Assembly: GCA_016210705.1 (NCBI GenBank)
Contig: JACQTR010000183.1
Coordinates: 1 to 36,092, forward strand
Length of the DNA: 36,092 bases
Reading direction: 5' to 3'
Source of the DNA: Chloroflexota bacterium
GTDB taxonomy: Bacteria; Chloroflexota; Dehalococcoidia; JACQTR01
Shown here: one piece after another, positions 1-8,234 of the stretch
Numbering within the stretch: the stretch's first letter is position 1
Layout of the letters: the number at the start of each line of letters is the position of its first letter
Program-made: the position numbers and the translations under genes
The notes under the pieces: generated by a model
Database searches by the model: none
What the model was told of the DNA's origin: nothing
What the model saw: only the letters and a program-made list of their open reading frames with translations

Positions 1-975
1 CAGCAGAGGCACATTAGCTGCCGCACCCCTTTCGATATTCCCATACTCCTTTTTCTGACGGGCGCAGTCTTAGGGGTCTTCCAGGCCACAGACCGTGCCC
101 TAAGTTGGGGAGCATTTCAAACGTGCCTGGCTGCGGTAATGCTCTATTATACCATCGTCAATTATCCAAGACCTCATCTTTTGATAGGGGGAGGAATTGC
201 GGTTACTTCCCTTTTGGCTGGCATAGTAACGGTTGTGGGCTTTAGCAGCGGCATGTCCCCCGGCTCCGGGGCGAATAGTCTAAGCTCTTGGGTTGCTAGC
301 TCCCTACGCGTTCTCCCCCAGTTCCCCAGGCTTCCAGGCCAGACTGAGGCTCCCAACCTTTTAGTCCATGGCCTACTCCTTACATTACTCGTCTCTTTTT
401 TAATATTGGCTGGCTCCGGCCTTTTTGCTAGGCGGATAGCTATTAGGATAACATTTGGGATGCTGAGTTTGGTCTTGCTGGCCATGCTGGTCCCCGCTGG
501 AGGGCAGGCCTACGAGCGTCTAGTGAACGGTACGACCATCAGAGTAAGAATGGACGTGTGGCAGAATTCTATCCTCATGGCAAAGGATTCTTGGTTAACA
601 GGCATAGGTCTTGGCCACTTTCCACTGGCATCCCCAGACTTCTTCCCTGGCCGAAAGCTTACCATACCGCATAATGGATATTTGGAACTCCTTCTCAATT
701 ACGGGATTCTGGGAGCCACGGCGGGTTTGTATGCCTCCGTCGTTGTGGCCAGACTCTTTTGGGACATTCTGCGTTGCGCCAGGGGGCATCCTTGGTTTGG
801 ATTTGCCCTTGGCCTTTTGGCAGCCTTCTTGGGCACCGCCTTTATGGCTATTTTCGAAAGCTCACCAATGGGAATTCCTGCAGCACGGATGGGAAGATAT
901 TTCTATACAGTATCGCCCTTGCCCTGGATGTTGGGTGGTGCCTTGGTCGTTGTCCACCGGCTGGTAACAAAATAG
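1..975 (+). CDS. O-antigen ligase / Wzy_C-family polytopic membrane protein, 5' end cut by the window edge
   Basis: Frame 1 is open from base 1 (no stop before the ATG at 139), so the ORF enters from the left. It is multi-TM and carries the Wzy_C-like signature GIGLGHF...IPHNGYLELLLNYGILG. Confidence 0.75.
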   Translation, partial: QQRHISCRTPFDIPILLFLTGAVLGVFQATDRALSWGAFQTCLAAVMLYYTIVNYPRPHLLIGGGIAVTSLLAGIVTVVGFSSGMSPGSGANSLSSWVASSLRVLPQFPRLPGQTEAPNLLVHGLLLTLLVSFLILAGSGLFARRIAIRITFGMLSLVLLAMLVPAGGQAYERLVNGTTIRVRMDVWQNSILMAKDSWLTGIGLGHFPLASPDFFPGRKLTIPHNGYLELLLNYGILGATAGLYASVVVARLFWDILRCARGHPWFGFALGLLAAFLGTAFMAIFESSPMGIPAARMGRYFYTVSPLPWMLGGALVVVHRLVTK

Positions 976-1010
976 GCTTATATTGGCGCCTACTTATGTG
1001 TCGTCACCTC

Positions 1011-1041
1011 CATTTGGGGCAGCCCATATTGGCTATTTAAA
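1011..1041 (+). promoter_or_regulatory. Conserved 31-nt box, left copy, containing near-palindrome AGCCCATATTGGCT (1021..1034); candidate operator
   Basis: CATTTGGGGCAGCCCATATTGGCTATTTAAA matches the reverse complement of 32689..32720 at 29 positions, with 2 mismatches and one 1-nt indel. It lies about 90 bp upstream of the -35 box at 1127. Confidence 0.5.
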
Positions 1042-1126
1042 ACCAGCTACTTAAACCGATATTATACCCTAGGTTGGGGTTTTTGTAAGGACTTTTCATA
1101 TGCCTCGTCAACGAGATAGAAAGCAT

Positions 1127-1154
1127 TTGCAATACGTCGGAAAAGTGGTAAAAT
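1127..1154 (+). promoter_or_regulatory. sigma70-type promoter candidate, TTGCAA - 16 nt - TGgTAAAAT (extended -10)
   Basis: -35 TTGCAA at 1127..1132; -10 TAAAAT at 1149..1154, preceded by TG at 1146..1147. A near-identical element with the same spacing recurs on the minus strand at 32581..32608. Confidence 0.45.
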
Positions 1155-1164
1155 CGAGGGCACA

Positions 1165-1332
1165 TTGTACTACGACATCGTAGTAGTCGGCGTGGGCCTG
1201 GCAGGCTCAGCTACCTCTAGAGATATCTCCGAGGCTGACTACCAAGTATTCCTGTTTAAAAAGCCCCTCCCAAGGCTCCGCAAATCCAAAATGTGTCTGG
1301 GACAAGACGTGGCTCTAGCGTGCAAGCTGTGA
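1165..1332 (+). pseudogene. 55-codon N-terminal remnant of a GGR-family FAD-dependent oxidoreductase
   Basis: TTG-initiated frame 1 ORF MYYDIVVVGVGLAGSATSRDISEADYQVFLFKKPLPRLRKSKMCLGQ... has a GxGxxG FAD fold start and aligns with the N-terminus of the full-length gene at 31331..32572 ([34 protein letters not shown]). It stops at TGA 1330..1332 after 55 codons, against about 413 in the full copy. It falls below the ORF-track length cutoff. Confidence 0.6.
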
Positions 1333-2276
1333 CAAAGGTCCTTGTCACCGGAGGGGCAGGATATATAGGTTCCAAGCTAATTTCCGCGCTTATCCAAGAG
1401 AAGCATACAGTGAGGGTTTTTGATATACCAGAAGCTCTTAAGAAACCTCTACTCTTTGCTCCTCTGCCATCTCTCGAAACCGTGCCCGGCGACATCAAGG
1501 ACACGGCAAAGCTTCCTTCTTTGCTGCAAGATGTTGATGTCGTTGTTCATCTAGCAGCTTTGGTCAGAGGAGGCGCTGCCCCTGGTACCACGGAAGCCTC
1601 TGCCATGTGGGAAATAAACTACGAGGCTACCTGCCGGCTGGCGGACCTGTGCAGGATCAAGGGCATAGAACGCTTTTTGTTTATATCCACCTGTGGCAAT
1701 TACGGAGGAGCCGACTCAAATCGGCTGGCCAAAGAAGAGGATGCCTTAATAGTCACCTCGCCTTATGCCGAAACAAAGATTAGAGCAGAAGAACATATCC
1801 TGAGCAACGTCAACGAACAATTTCACGCAACAGTGCTGAGATTAGCCACGGTCTTCGGCTCATCCCCCAGGATGAGCTTTGAGCCCCTGATCAACCGCCT
1901 TGTTTACGATGCCGTAGTTAATAAATCGCTAGTGGTTCAGGGGCCCAATGCTTGGCGCCCTTTTGTCCACATCGACGATGTCGTTAAGGCCATTGTCTTG
2001 ACTCTCCGTTCACCCCTAGACCTGGTATCTGGGCAGGTCTTCAACGTGGGCGCTAATTCTATGAACTATACGAAGGCCGATATTGTGCGCATCCTGCAAC
2101 AGTTTGTCCCCGATCTCGCCGTAGAGTTGCACGGCGAAGATCCCCGCAGCTACAAGGTCTGTTTTGACAAAATAGCCCAGATATTAGGCTTCCGAACTAG
2201 TAAAGGGCTGGAAGAGGGAGTGGCTGAAATGGTACAACTGCTAAAAGATGCTCGCCAACATGGTAACGTTCTATAA
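1329..2276 (+). CDS. NAD-dependent epimerase/dehydratase (extended SDR)
   Basis: VLVTGGAGYIGSKL Rossmann motif and catalytic YAETK (YxxxK). The ORF track opens at GTG 1293. GTG 1329 gives the canonical MTKVLVTGGAGYIGS start and overlaps the stop of the upstream remnant ORF (GTGA). Confidence 0.85.
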   Translation: MTKVLVTGGAGYIGSKLISALIQEKHTVRVFDIPEALKKPLLFAPLPSLETVPGDIKDTAKLPSLLQDVDVVVHLAALVRGGAAPGTTEASAMWEINYEATCRLADLCRIKGIERFLFISTCGNYGGADSNRLAKEEDALIVTSPYAETKIRAEEHILSNVNEQFHATVLRLATVFGSSPRMSFEPLINRLVYDAVVNKSLVVQGPNAWRPFVHIDDVVKAIVLTLRSPLDLVSGQVFNVGANSMNYTKADIVRILQQFVPDLAVELHGEDPRSYKVCFDKIAQILGFRTSKGLEEGVAEMVQLLKDARQHGNVL

Positions 2277-3159
2277 TCCAGCCAAGGTCCTGCTCTATCT
2301 TAAAGAGCTAAAGGAAAAGATTCCTGTCTTCATGGAAATAGACCCCTCCTACCTATGTAATCATGCCTGCTTATGGTGTCGTTATCACCACCCAAACGGC
2401 GTGCTTCCTCTGGACTACATGGTGGCGCTTCTAGACAAATATCCTCAGGTTCGAGGAGTAAGGATCACCGGTGGCGGGGAGCCTTTGATTAATCCAGCTA
2501 CACCTCAGTTTATCCTGGAATGCAGTCAAAGAGGAATAAAAACCGGCATAGAGACCAACGGTGGCTTGTTAAGGAAGGACAGCATCGAGATTATAGGGAA
2601 TAACTGCCAATATTGCCGGATTTCCCTAGATGCGGCCACTATAGAAACTCACCGCAGGCTCCACGGCTCCAAAGGCGACTTTGAACGCATCCTGGACAAT
2701 GTCCGAGCCTTAAGGGAGACCAAGCTAGCTGAACTCGGTATCTCCTACTTGGTGGTGGACGAGAATGTGGACGAGATTACCCACTTGGCTGAGCTGAATT
2801 TACCGGTCTCCTATATCCACTTTAAGCCCATCATACAGGGAGTAAATAGGCAAACCCAGAAAAAGGCTCTAAAGGCCATTAAAGCTCTTGAGCAACAGGT
2901 GAGTTATCCTCTTATCTACGGCAGACTTGTGCAGGACCACTTCCATAGGCCGGGGCTGAAGTGCCGGGTCACCGCCCTATTTACCCGGGCCGCCGCCGAC
3001 GGCAAGGAGTATGTTTGTTGTGAACATGTTGGAGAAGAGGCGTTTCTAAGAGAAAATTGGGATGGTTCCACAGAAAGGTGCGCCAGTTGTCGTTACGCAC
3101 CCTATAATGAGGTTCTAGAGATATACTACACCAACACCCTCTCCCACGAATTTTTGTAG
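2248..3159 (+). CDS. Radical SAM enzyme (sugar-modifying, subclass unknown)
   Basis: CNHACLWC (CxxxCxxC) cluster motif and GGGEPL SAM-binding motif. C-terminal extra cysteines (CCEH...CASCRY) suggest an auxiliary cluster. Overlaps the SDR gene by 29 nt. Confidence 0.85.
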   Translation: MLANMVTFYNPAKVLLYLKELKEKIPVFMEIDPSYLCNHACLWCRYHHPNGVLPLDYMVALLDKYPQVRGVRITGGGEPLINPATPQFILECSQRGIKTGIETNGGLLRKDSIEIIGNNCQYCRISLDAATIETHRRLHGSKGDFERILDNVRALRETKLAELGISYLVVDENVDEITHLAELNLPVSYIHFKPIIQGVNRQTQKKALKAIKALEQQVSYPLIYGRLVQDHFHRPGLKCRVTALFTRAAADGKEYVCCEHVGEEAFLRENWDGSTERCASCRYAPYNEVLEIYYTNTLSHEFL

Positions 3160-3176
3160 ATTTTATAATAAAGGGG

Positions 3177-4289
3177 ATGTGCGACATGAAGCGTATAAAT
3201 CAGATGGAGCCCTGGGTAGGGGAAGAGGAAAAAGAAGAGCTTGTTAAAACAATAGAGTCGGGCTGGATTACGGAGGCAGGCCGGACCAAAGAGTTTGAAC
3301 GCCTCTTCGCCAACTATGTGGGCAGCCAGTATGCCTCGGCGGTAAACAATGGCACGTTGAGTTTGGCCATCGGGCTAATGGCCCTGGGGATAGGCAAAGG
3401 GGATGAGGTTATCGTCCCAGATTTCACCATGATTGCCTCCGCCAATGGGGTCAAGCTGGCCGGGGCGGAACCAGTGCTGGTGGATATCGATCGGCAGACC
3501 CTCTGCCTGGATGTAGCCGCGGCCGAAGCAGCCATAACCTCCAAGACCAAGGCCATCATGCCGGTGCCGCTCAATGGACGCTCCCCTGATATGACGGGGT
3601 TGATGATTCTGGCCCAAAAGCGCAGTATCTTCATCCTGGAGGATGCGGCCCAAGCTCTGGGCTCCCGGTGCCAGGGGAAACACTTGGGCACTTGGGGAGA
3701 GATAGGCAGTTTCTCCCTCAGCACCCCCAAGGTGATCACCACTGGTCAAGGCGGGGTTCTGGTAACCAACAACGAGGAGCTCTACCAAAGAATAGTCAAA
3801 ATAAAGGATTTTGGCCGCCGTCGTCGCTCCGAGGACTACCACGAGATCTTAGGCTACAATTTCAAGTTTACCGATATCCAAGCCGCCTTGGGTCTAGCCC
3901 AGATGAAGAAGCTGGAGTGGCGGGTGAATCGAAAAAAGGAGATGTATCACCTGTATCGTGAGTTGCTAACAGACGTGGATCAAATAGAGTTAATAGCTAC
4001 CGATCTGGAACAGGCCTCTCCCTGGTTCATTGACATCCTCGTCCCTGCGGAGACTAGAGACAGCCTTATTTCCTTCTTAGACCAGCAAGGGATAGGCTCC
4101 CGCCCCTTCTACTATGCCATCCACACCATGCCACCCTATGCCTATATACAAGGTCACTTCCCCAACTCCGAAGATGTAGCCGCCCGCGGGATATGGCTCC
4201 CCTCTTCCACTTTTCTGACCGACGAAGATATCGAAAGGGTATGCCAGGAAATTAGACAATTTTTCCGCACTACCTCTGGGAGAAAATGA
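3177..4289 (+). CDS. DegT/DnrJ/EryC1/StrS-family PLP-dependent sugar aminotransferase
   Basis: Family-typical N-terminus (EEEKEELVKTIESGWITEAG), DAAQALGS, and the PLP-lysine context SFSLSTPKVITTGQGG. ATG 3186 is an alternative start with better SD spacing. Confidence 0.9.
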   Translation: MCDMKRINQMEPWVGEEEKEELVKTIESGWITEAGRTKEFERLFANYVGSQYASAVNNGTLSLAIGLMALGIGKGDEVIVPDFTMIASANGVKLAGAEPVLVDIDRQTLCLDVAAAEAAITSKTKAIMPVPLNGRSPDMTGLMILAQKRSIFILEDAAQALGSRCQGKHLGTWGEIGSFSLSTPKVITTGQGGVLVTNNEELYQRIVKIKDFGRRRRSEDYHEILGYNFKFTDIQAALGLAQMKKLEWRVNRKKEMYHLYRELLTDVDQIELIATDLEQASPWFIDILVPAETRDSLISFLDQQGIGSRPFYYAIHTMPPYAYIQGHFPNSEDVAARGIWLPSSTFLTDEDIERVCQEIRQFFRTTSGRK

Positions 4290-5812
4290 ATCTCAAAGAG
4301 CTAGGCCGGGGCTTGCTGAGACCCGGAGACGGGCTACGGCAACGAGCCACCAGGAGCGCCTTCTGGATTTTAGCCGCCAGAGCTGCCGACCAGCTTTTCA
4401 ACATGGTCAGAATATTGGTTCTGGCCCGACTCCTTTCTCCCAACGATTTCGGTCTCATGGGGATTGCCCTCCTCACCCTGTCGGCCCTGGATGCCTTTTC
4501 CCAGACCGGCTTTAATACCGCCCTCATCCAAAAGAAGGGTGAGGTAAAAGACTACCTAGATACCGCCTTCACCCTTCTCTTTCTACGGGGCGCTGTCCTC
4601 TTCGCCCTCCTATTTATAGCTGCTCCTTATCTGGCCGCTTTCTTTGATGCCCCCCAGGCCACCACCATCATACGAGTCATTGGCCTTTCCTTGTTTGCCC
4701 AGGGACTGACCAATATAGGCATCATTTACTTTCAAAAAGAGTTGGAATTCAACAAACAATTCGCTTACCAGGCCAGTGGTACCCTAGCGGTAATGATTGT
4801 GGGGATAGGAGCCGCTGTAACGTTACGCAGCGTATGGGCCCTGGTACTGGGACAACTAGCAGCTAATCTCGTCCGCTTAGTGGCCTCTTATATCCTCCAC
4901 CCTTACCGCCCCCACTTACGCTTGGCCACGGGCAAAGCTAAGGAACTCTATAACTTCGGGAAATGGGTCTTTTTCGAAAGTGTCCTCGGCTACCTTCATA
5001 ACCAAGGCGATCAAGCTCTAGTAGGGAAGATTCTGGGGGTGGCCTCCCTGGGGTTCTATCAATTGGCACTTCGGATTTCCCTTCTTTTGGTAGAAATTGA
5101 CAATGTTGCCGCCACGGTGGCTTTTCCTCTTTTTGCCAGGATGCAGGATGACACTGGCAGACTTAGAGAAACCTATTTAAGGGCGCTTCAATTAGCCGCC
5201 TTTGTTTCTTTTCCTCTAACGGGATTCCTAATAGCTATGGCACCAGACCTAACCCAAGTAGTGTTAGGGGCAAAATGGTTGCCTATAGTTCTACCAATGC
5301 AAATCTTGACCCTGTCTGCGGTCCCCAAAGGCATAGGGTTCCTGGCGGATTCAGCCTTCTGGGCAGTGGGCAAACCCCATATAAGGACAGGGTTATCGGC
5401 GGTTTACTTGCTAGTGCTGGTTGCCGTTATGTATCCCTTGACGTTAGCTGTGGGGTTAACGGGGACTGCCCTCTCCGTACTGCTAGCCTCCTCAGTAACC
5501 ACATTGGTGGCATTATATATTCTGCTGAAAAGAGTCCTTTTCTGCCCCTTCGCACAGCTCTTGACCTCTATACGAAGTACGCTGCTCGCTGCCACCGCAA
5601 TGACCATTGTAATTGCCTATGAGAGGGTATTTCTCTCTTGGGAAGGGGAGCGATTGCTCGGGCTGGCGGTGGCCCTAGTCATAGGGGCTGCAACCTATTT
5701 GGGCCTATCCTATGTCTTTGACAAACTTCACCCTACAGGCCTATACAAGAATATCAATGACCGTGTTGCAGATTTGGCCAAGCCAGACAGGATTAAAGTT
5801 GCGCAATCTTAG
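4286..5812 (+). CDS. Wzx-like oligosaccharide/polysaccharide flippase (MOP superfamily)
   Basis: About 12-14 predicted TM segments. The N-terminal region (AADQLFNMVRILVLARLLSPNDFGLMGIA) is typical of Polysacc_synt flippases. ATGA overlap with the aminotransferase stop. Confidence 0.85.
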   Translation: MNLKELGRGLLRPGDGLRQRATRSAFWILAARAADQLFNMVRILVLARLLSPNDFGLMGIALLTLSALDAFSQTGFNTALIQKKGEVKDYLDTAFTLLFLRGAVLFALLFIAAPYLAAFFDAPQATTIIRVIGLSLFAQGLTNIGIIYFQKELEFNKQFAYQASGTLAVMIVGIGAAVTLRSVWALVLGQLAANLVRLVASYILHPYRPHLRLATGKAKELYNFGKWVFFESVLGYLHNQGDQALVGKILGVASLGFYQLALRISLLLVEIDNVAATVAFPLFARMQDDTGRLRETYLRALQLAAFVSFPLTGFLIAMAPDLTQVVLGAKWLPIVLPMQILTLSAVPKGIGFLADSAFWAVGKPHIRTGLSAVYLLVLVAVMYPLTLAVGLTGTALSVLLASSVTTLVALYILLKRVLFCPFAQLLTSIRSTLLAATAMTIVIAYERVFLSWEGERLLGLAVALVIGAATYLGLSYVFDKLHPTGLYKNINDRVADLAKPDRIKVAQS

Positions 5813-6542
5813 CGAGCATAAGCCCATACTTTCCGACTGGACCGAATACTTTCAGCGGCGGAAAGTAACTCTATTTTCAGAAGCGATTGGGTTAGAGAAG
5901 TTCTTTCGCGCCATAACGCAATTTGTCCCGGAAAAGACCAGCATCTTGGAAGTGGGGTTTGGCACTGGACTACCCGCCATTATGCTAACCGAGATGGGAT
6001 ATCAGGTCACCGCTATAGACATAGACAGCGGGCTAGCCAGGTCGCTATACCAGAAAAAGAGGGGGCTAGCTTCGCATCTCAATGTGATGAGGGCGGATAT
6101 GTTCCATTTACCTTTCAAAGATAACTCCTTCTACGCTGTAATCTCCCAAGGTGTTCTAGAGCACTTTCCTGAACAAGATATTTGCCGCGCCCTTAGCGAA
6201 CAGCGAAGAGTCGCTTCTCAACTAGTGATCTTAGATGTGCCCAATGACCGTTTCCCCCAAGATGCCGGGGTATTGCCTGGAAGCCATCTGGACTGGCAGC
6301 CTCGGAGCCGGCAGAACTGGAAAGCTATCATCCAGGAATGTGGGTTATCTCCTAAATACGAGTATGGAGTAGGATTAAGGCCGGGCAGATTTTGGCACTA
6401 TCTCTATTTTGCCTTGCCTTACGTCTTCCACTACTGGGATAGGATGAGGACAAGGCGTCCTTATTCCATGTTGGGCTGCTGGTTCGGCAGTATCAACGGG
6501 TTTGTGGCAAAGGTGAGCAAATCTGAATTCCATAATAGATGA
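5712..6542 (+). CDS. Class I SAM-dependent methyltransferase
   Basis: Motif I ILEVGFGTGLP and a Methyltransf_11-like core (GVLEHFPE). The ATG at 5712 overlaps Wzx by 101 nt. TTG 5799 (AGGA 6 nt upstream, 14-nt overlap) is a more likely start. Confidence 0.8.
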   Translation: MSLTNFTLQAYTRISMTVLQIWPSQTGLKLRNLSEHKPILSDWTEYFQRRKVTLFSEAIGLEKFFRAITQFVPEKTSILEVGFGTGLPAIMLTEMGYQVTAIDIDSGLARSLYQKKRGLASHLNVMRADMFHLPFKDNSFYAVISQGVLEHFPEQDICRALSEQRRVASQLVILDVPNDRFPQDAGVLPGSHLDWQPRSRQNWKAIIQECGLSPKYEYGVGLRPGRFWHYLYFALPYVFHYWDRMRTRRPYSMLGCWFGSINGFVAKVSKSEFHNR

Positions 6543-6554
6543 GGAGTGTCTAAC

Positions 6555-7328
6555 ATGGATGCGGGCAGGAGCAGAGGCAAACGCCTATACATGGGACTGG
6601 GAATGCCTATCAGCTACAAACCTAAGAATAGGCTTGCCTCGTTACTGGACATACGTTTTTCCTTAAAGTCTGTGTTGCTAAACAGGCTGCCCTCCTTTGG
6701 GTATAAGCTATTCGAAGTATTCATGGGTGAGAGAGTAGTAGAGTATGCCTTTGTGCACTCCAACATACTCATGGAGACCAAGCAACGGATCCTTGATGTG
6801 GGATCGTATGGGAGCGTGTTGCCTGTTGAGCTGGCCTGCTTTGGGCACAAAGTTTATTCCGTGGATGTGCTGGCTTACCCTCTGGAACACCCAAATCTTA
6901 CCTTTGTCCAGGGAGATATCTATAATATTCCATTCCCAGACAATTTCTTCGATACAGTCACGGCGGTATCAACCGTGGAGCATGTAGGGCTGGGCCGATA
7001 CGGAGACCCCCTCCATCCCGATGGAGACAGAAGAGCTATTTTGGAAATGATCAGAGTCCTAAAAAAAGGAGGGAAGGCAATAATCACCGTTCCCTTTGGC
7101 GAGAGGACTGTGTCATATCACCGTGGAGTAGCCATGAACAGAGTTTACGACCTCCCTTCTTTGGAGCAGTTACTCGAAGGGCTGCAAATCCAAAAGAGGG
7201 TCATTTACGGTAAACAGGGAGGGTTTTGGATGCCGGTCACTCCGGAGCAGGCAGCCAATCTCAAGAGAGAGGACGCTACGGAGGAAAAATCCGTCGCGTT
7301 GCTGGTAGCGAGTAAAGGGCAAGGATGA
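6555..7328 (+). CDS. Class I SAM-dependent methyltransferase
   Basis: ILDVGSYGS motif I, VSTVEHVGLG, and LKKGGKAIITVPF. The ORF track opens at GTG 6546, but GAGGAG at 6541..6546 is placed correctly for ATG 6555. Confidence 0.75.
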   Translation: MDAGRSRGKRLYMGLGMPISYKPKNRLASLLDIRFSLKSVLLNRLPSFGYKLFEVFMGERVVEYAFVHSNILMETKQRILDVGSYGSVLPVELACFGHKVYSVDVLAYPLEHPNLTFVQGDIYNIPFPDNFFDTVTAVSTVEHVGLGRYGDPLHPDGDRRAILEMIRVLKKGGKAIITVPFGERTVSYHRGVAMNRVYDLPSLEQLLEGLQIQKRVIYGKQGGFWMPVTPEQAANLKREDATEEKSVALLVASKGQG

Positions 7329-8230
7329 AAAACCATCCCCTGGTGGCTTTGCTGGTTCCTGTCCACAATGGGTGGGAAGATACTCGTGAGTTCCTGGACT
7401 CCCTGCGCCGGGTAAGTTACCCCAATTTCAAGACCATCATCGTGGACGATGGCTCCACCGATGACACCGCTGAAATGCTGGCCGCAGATTACCCCGAGGT
7501 CATTGTAATCAAGGGCGATGGCAACCTGTGGTGGTCTCGATCGGTGAACATAGCTATAGAGAAGGCTTTGAAACTAGAGGCCGACTACGTCCTTCAGGTA
7601 GACAACGATACCGCGGTGGATAGGGAGTTCATTTCCACCCTGGTGGAGACAGCCCAAGAAAACCCCAACGCTATCATAACCTCCAAGTCCTACTGGTACG
7701 GACAGCCCGATAGGGTTTGGTTTGGAGGCGGTGAGATAGCCTGGTTACGAGGTGGGCTTAAGCAAACCGGTTGCGGCGATATAGATAGAGGTCAATTCAA
7801 CGAACAAAGCGATAGCCAGTGGGCAAGCATAGGCTTCCTCATCCCCATCCCCCTCTTTGCCGAGCTGGGGATGATAGATGCCAGGAGCTTCCCCCAGTAC
7901 TGGGCGGACGCTGACTTCACCTATCGGGCTTATAAGAAAGGGCACCGGGTAATTCTGGAGCCCCGAAGTCTCCTTTGGCACAAAGTTTCTTCCAGTGTGA
8001 GACACCGTATGCCTCAGAGAGCACCTTGGGCCCAGCTCCTTTATTTTCTGACCCATGTCCGCTCCAGATATAACCTAAAAGCCGCTTCATATTTCTATTG
8101 GCGTCATTGTCCGAAAGCGTTGCTCCCGTATGCTTTGGGGCGCTTCTATTTCCCTCTACTGAGAGGTTTCCTCGTCCGTCTGCTTTTCTTCTGGTATAAG
8201 CCCTGGTACCGGAGGCCCTGGGGACTATAA
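7325..8230 (+). CDS. Family 2 glycosyltransferase
   Basis: LVPVHNGWEDT...FKTIIVDDGSTDDT and the DxD-like VDNDT. ATGA overlap with the upstream methyltransferase. Confidence 0.85.
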   Translation: MKNHPLVALLVPVHNGWEDTREFLDSLRRVSYPNFKTIIVDDGSTDDTAEMLAADYPEVIVIKGDGNLWWSRSVNIAIEKALKLEADYVLQVDNDTAVDREFISTLVETAQENPNAIITSKSYWYGQPDRVWFGGGEIAWLRGGLKQTGCGDIDRGQFNEQSDSQWASIGFLIPIPLFAELGMIDARSFPQYWADADFTYRAYKKGHRVILEPRSLLWHKVSSSVRHRMPQRAPWAQLLYFLTHVRSRYNLKAASYFYWRHCPKALLPYALGRFYFPLLRGFLVRLLFFWYKPWYRRPWGL

Positions 8231-8234
8231 AGGC

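Noticed and set aside
402-987. Extra copies of the half-site ATATTGGC at 404..410 (AATATTGGCT, inside the ligase gene) and at 980..987.
   Set aside because: They are half-sites without the palindromic partner. A 7-8-mer is expected a few times by chance in 72 kb of two-strand sequence, so they are not counted as operators.
1066-1085. ACCC..GGGT followed by TTTT as a terminator for the O-antigen-ligase-like gene.
   Set aside because: The stem is only 4 bp. The GGTTGGGGT part is instead one of the blocks conserved with the right-hand copy, so it may have another role.
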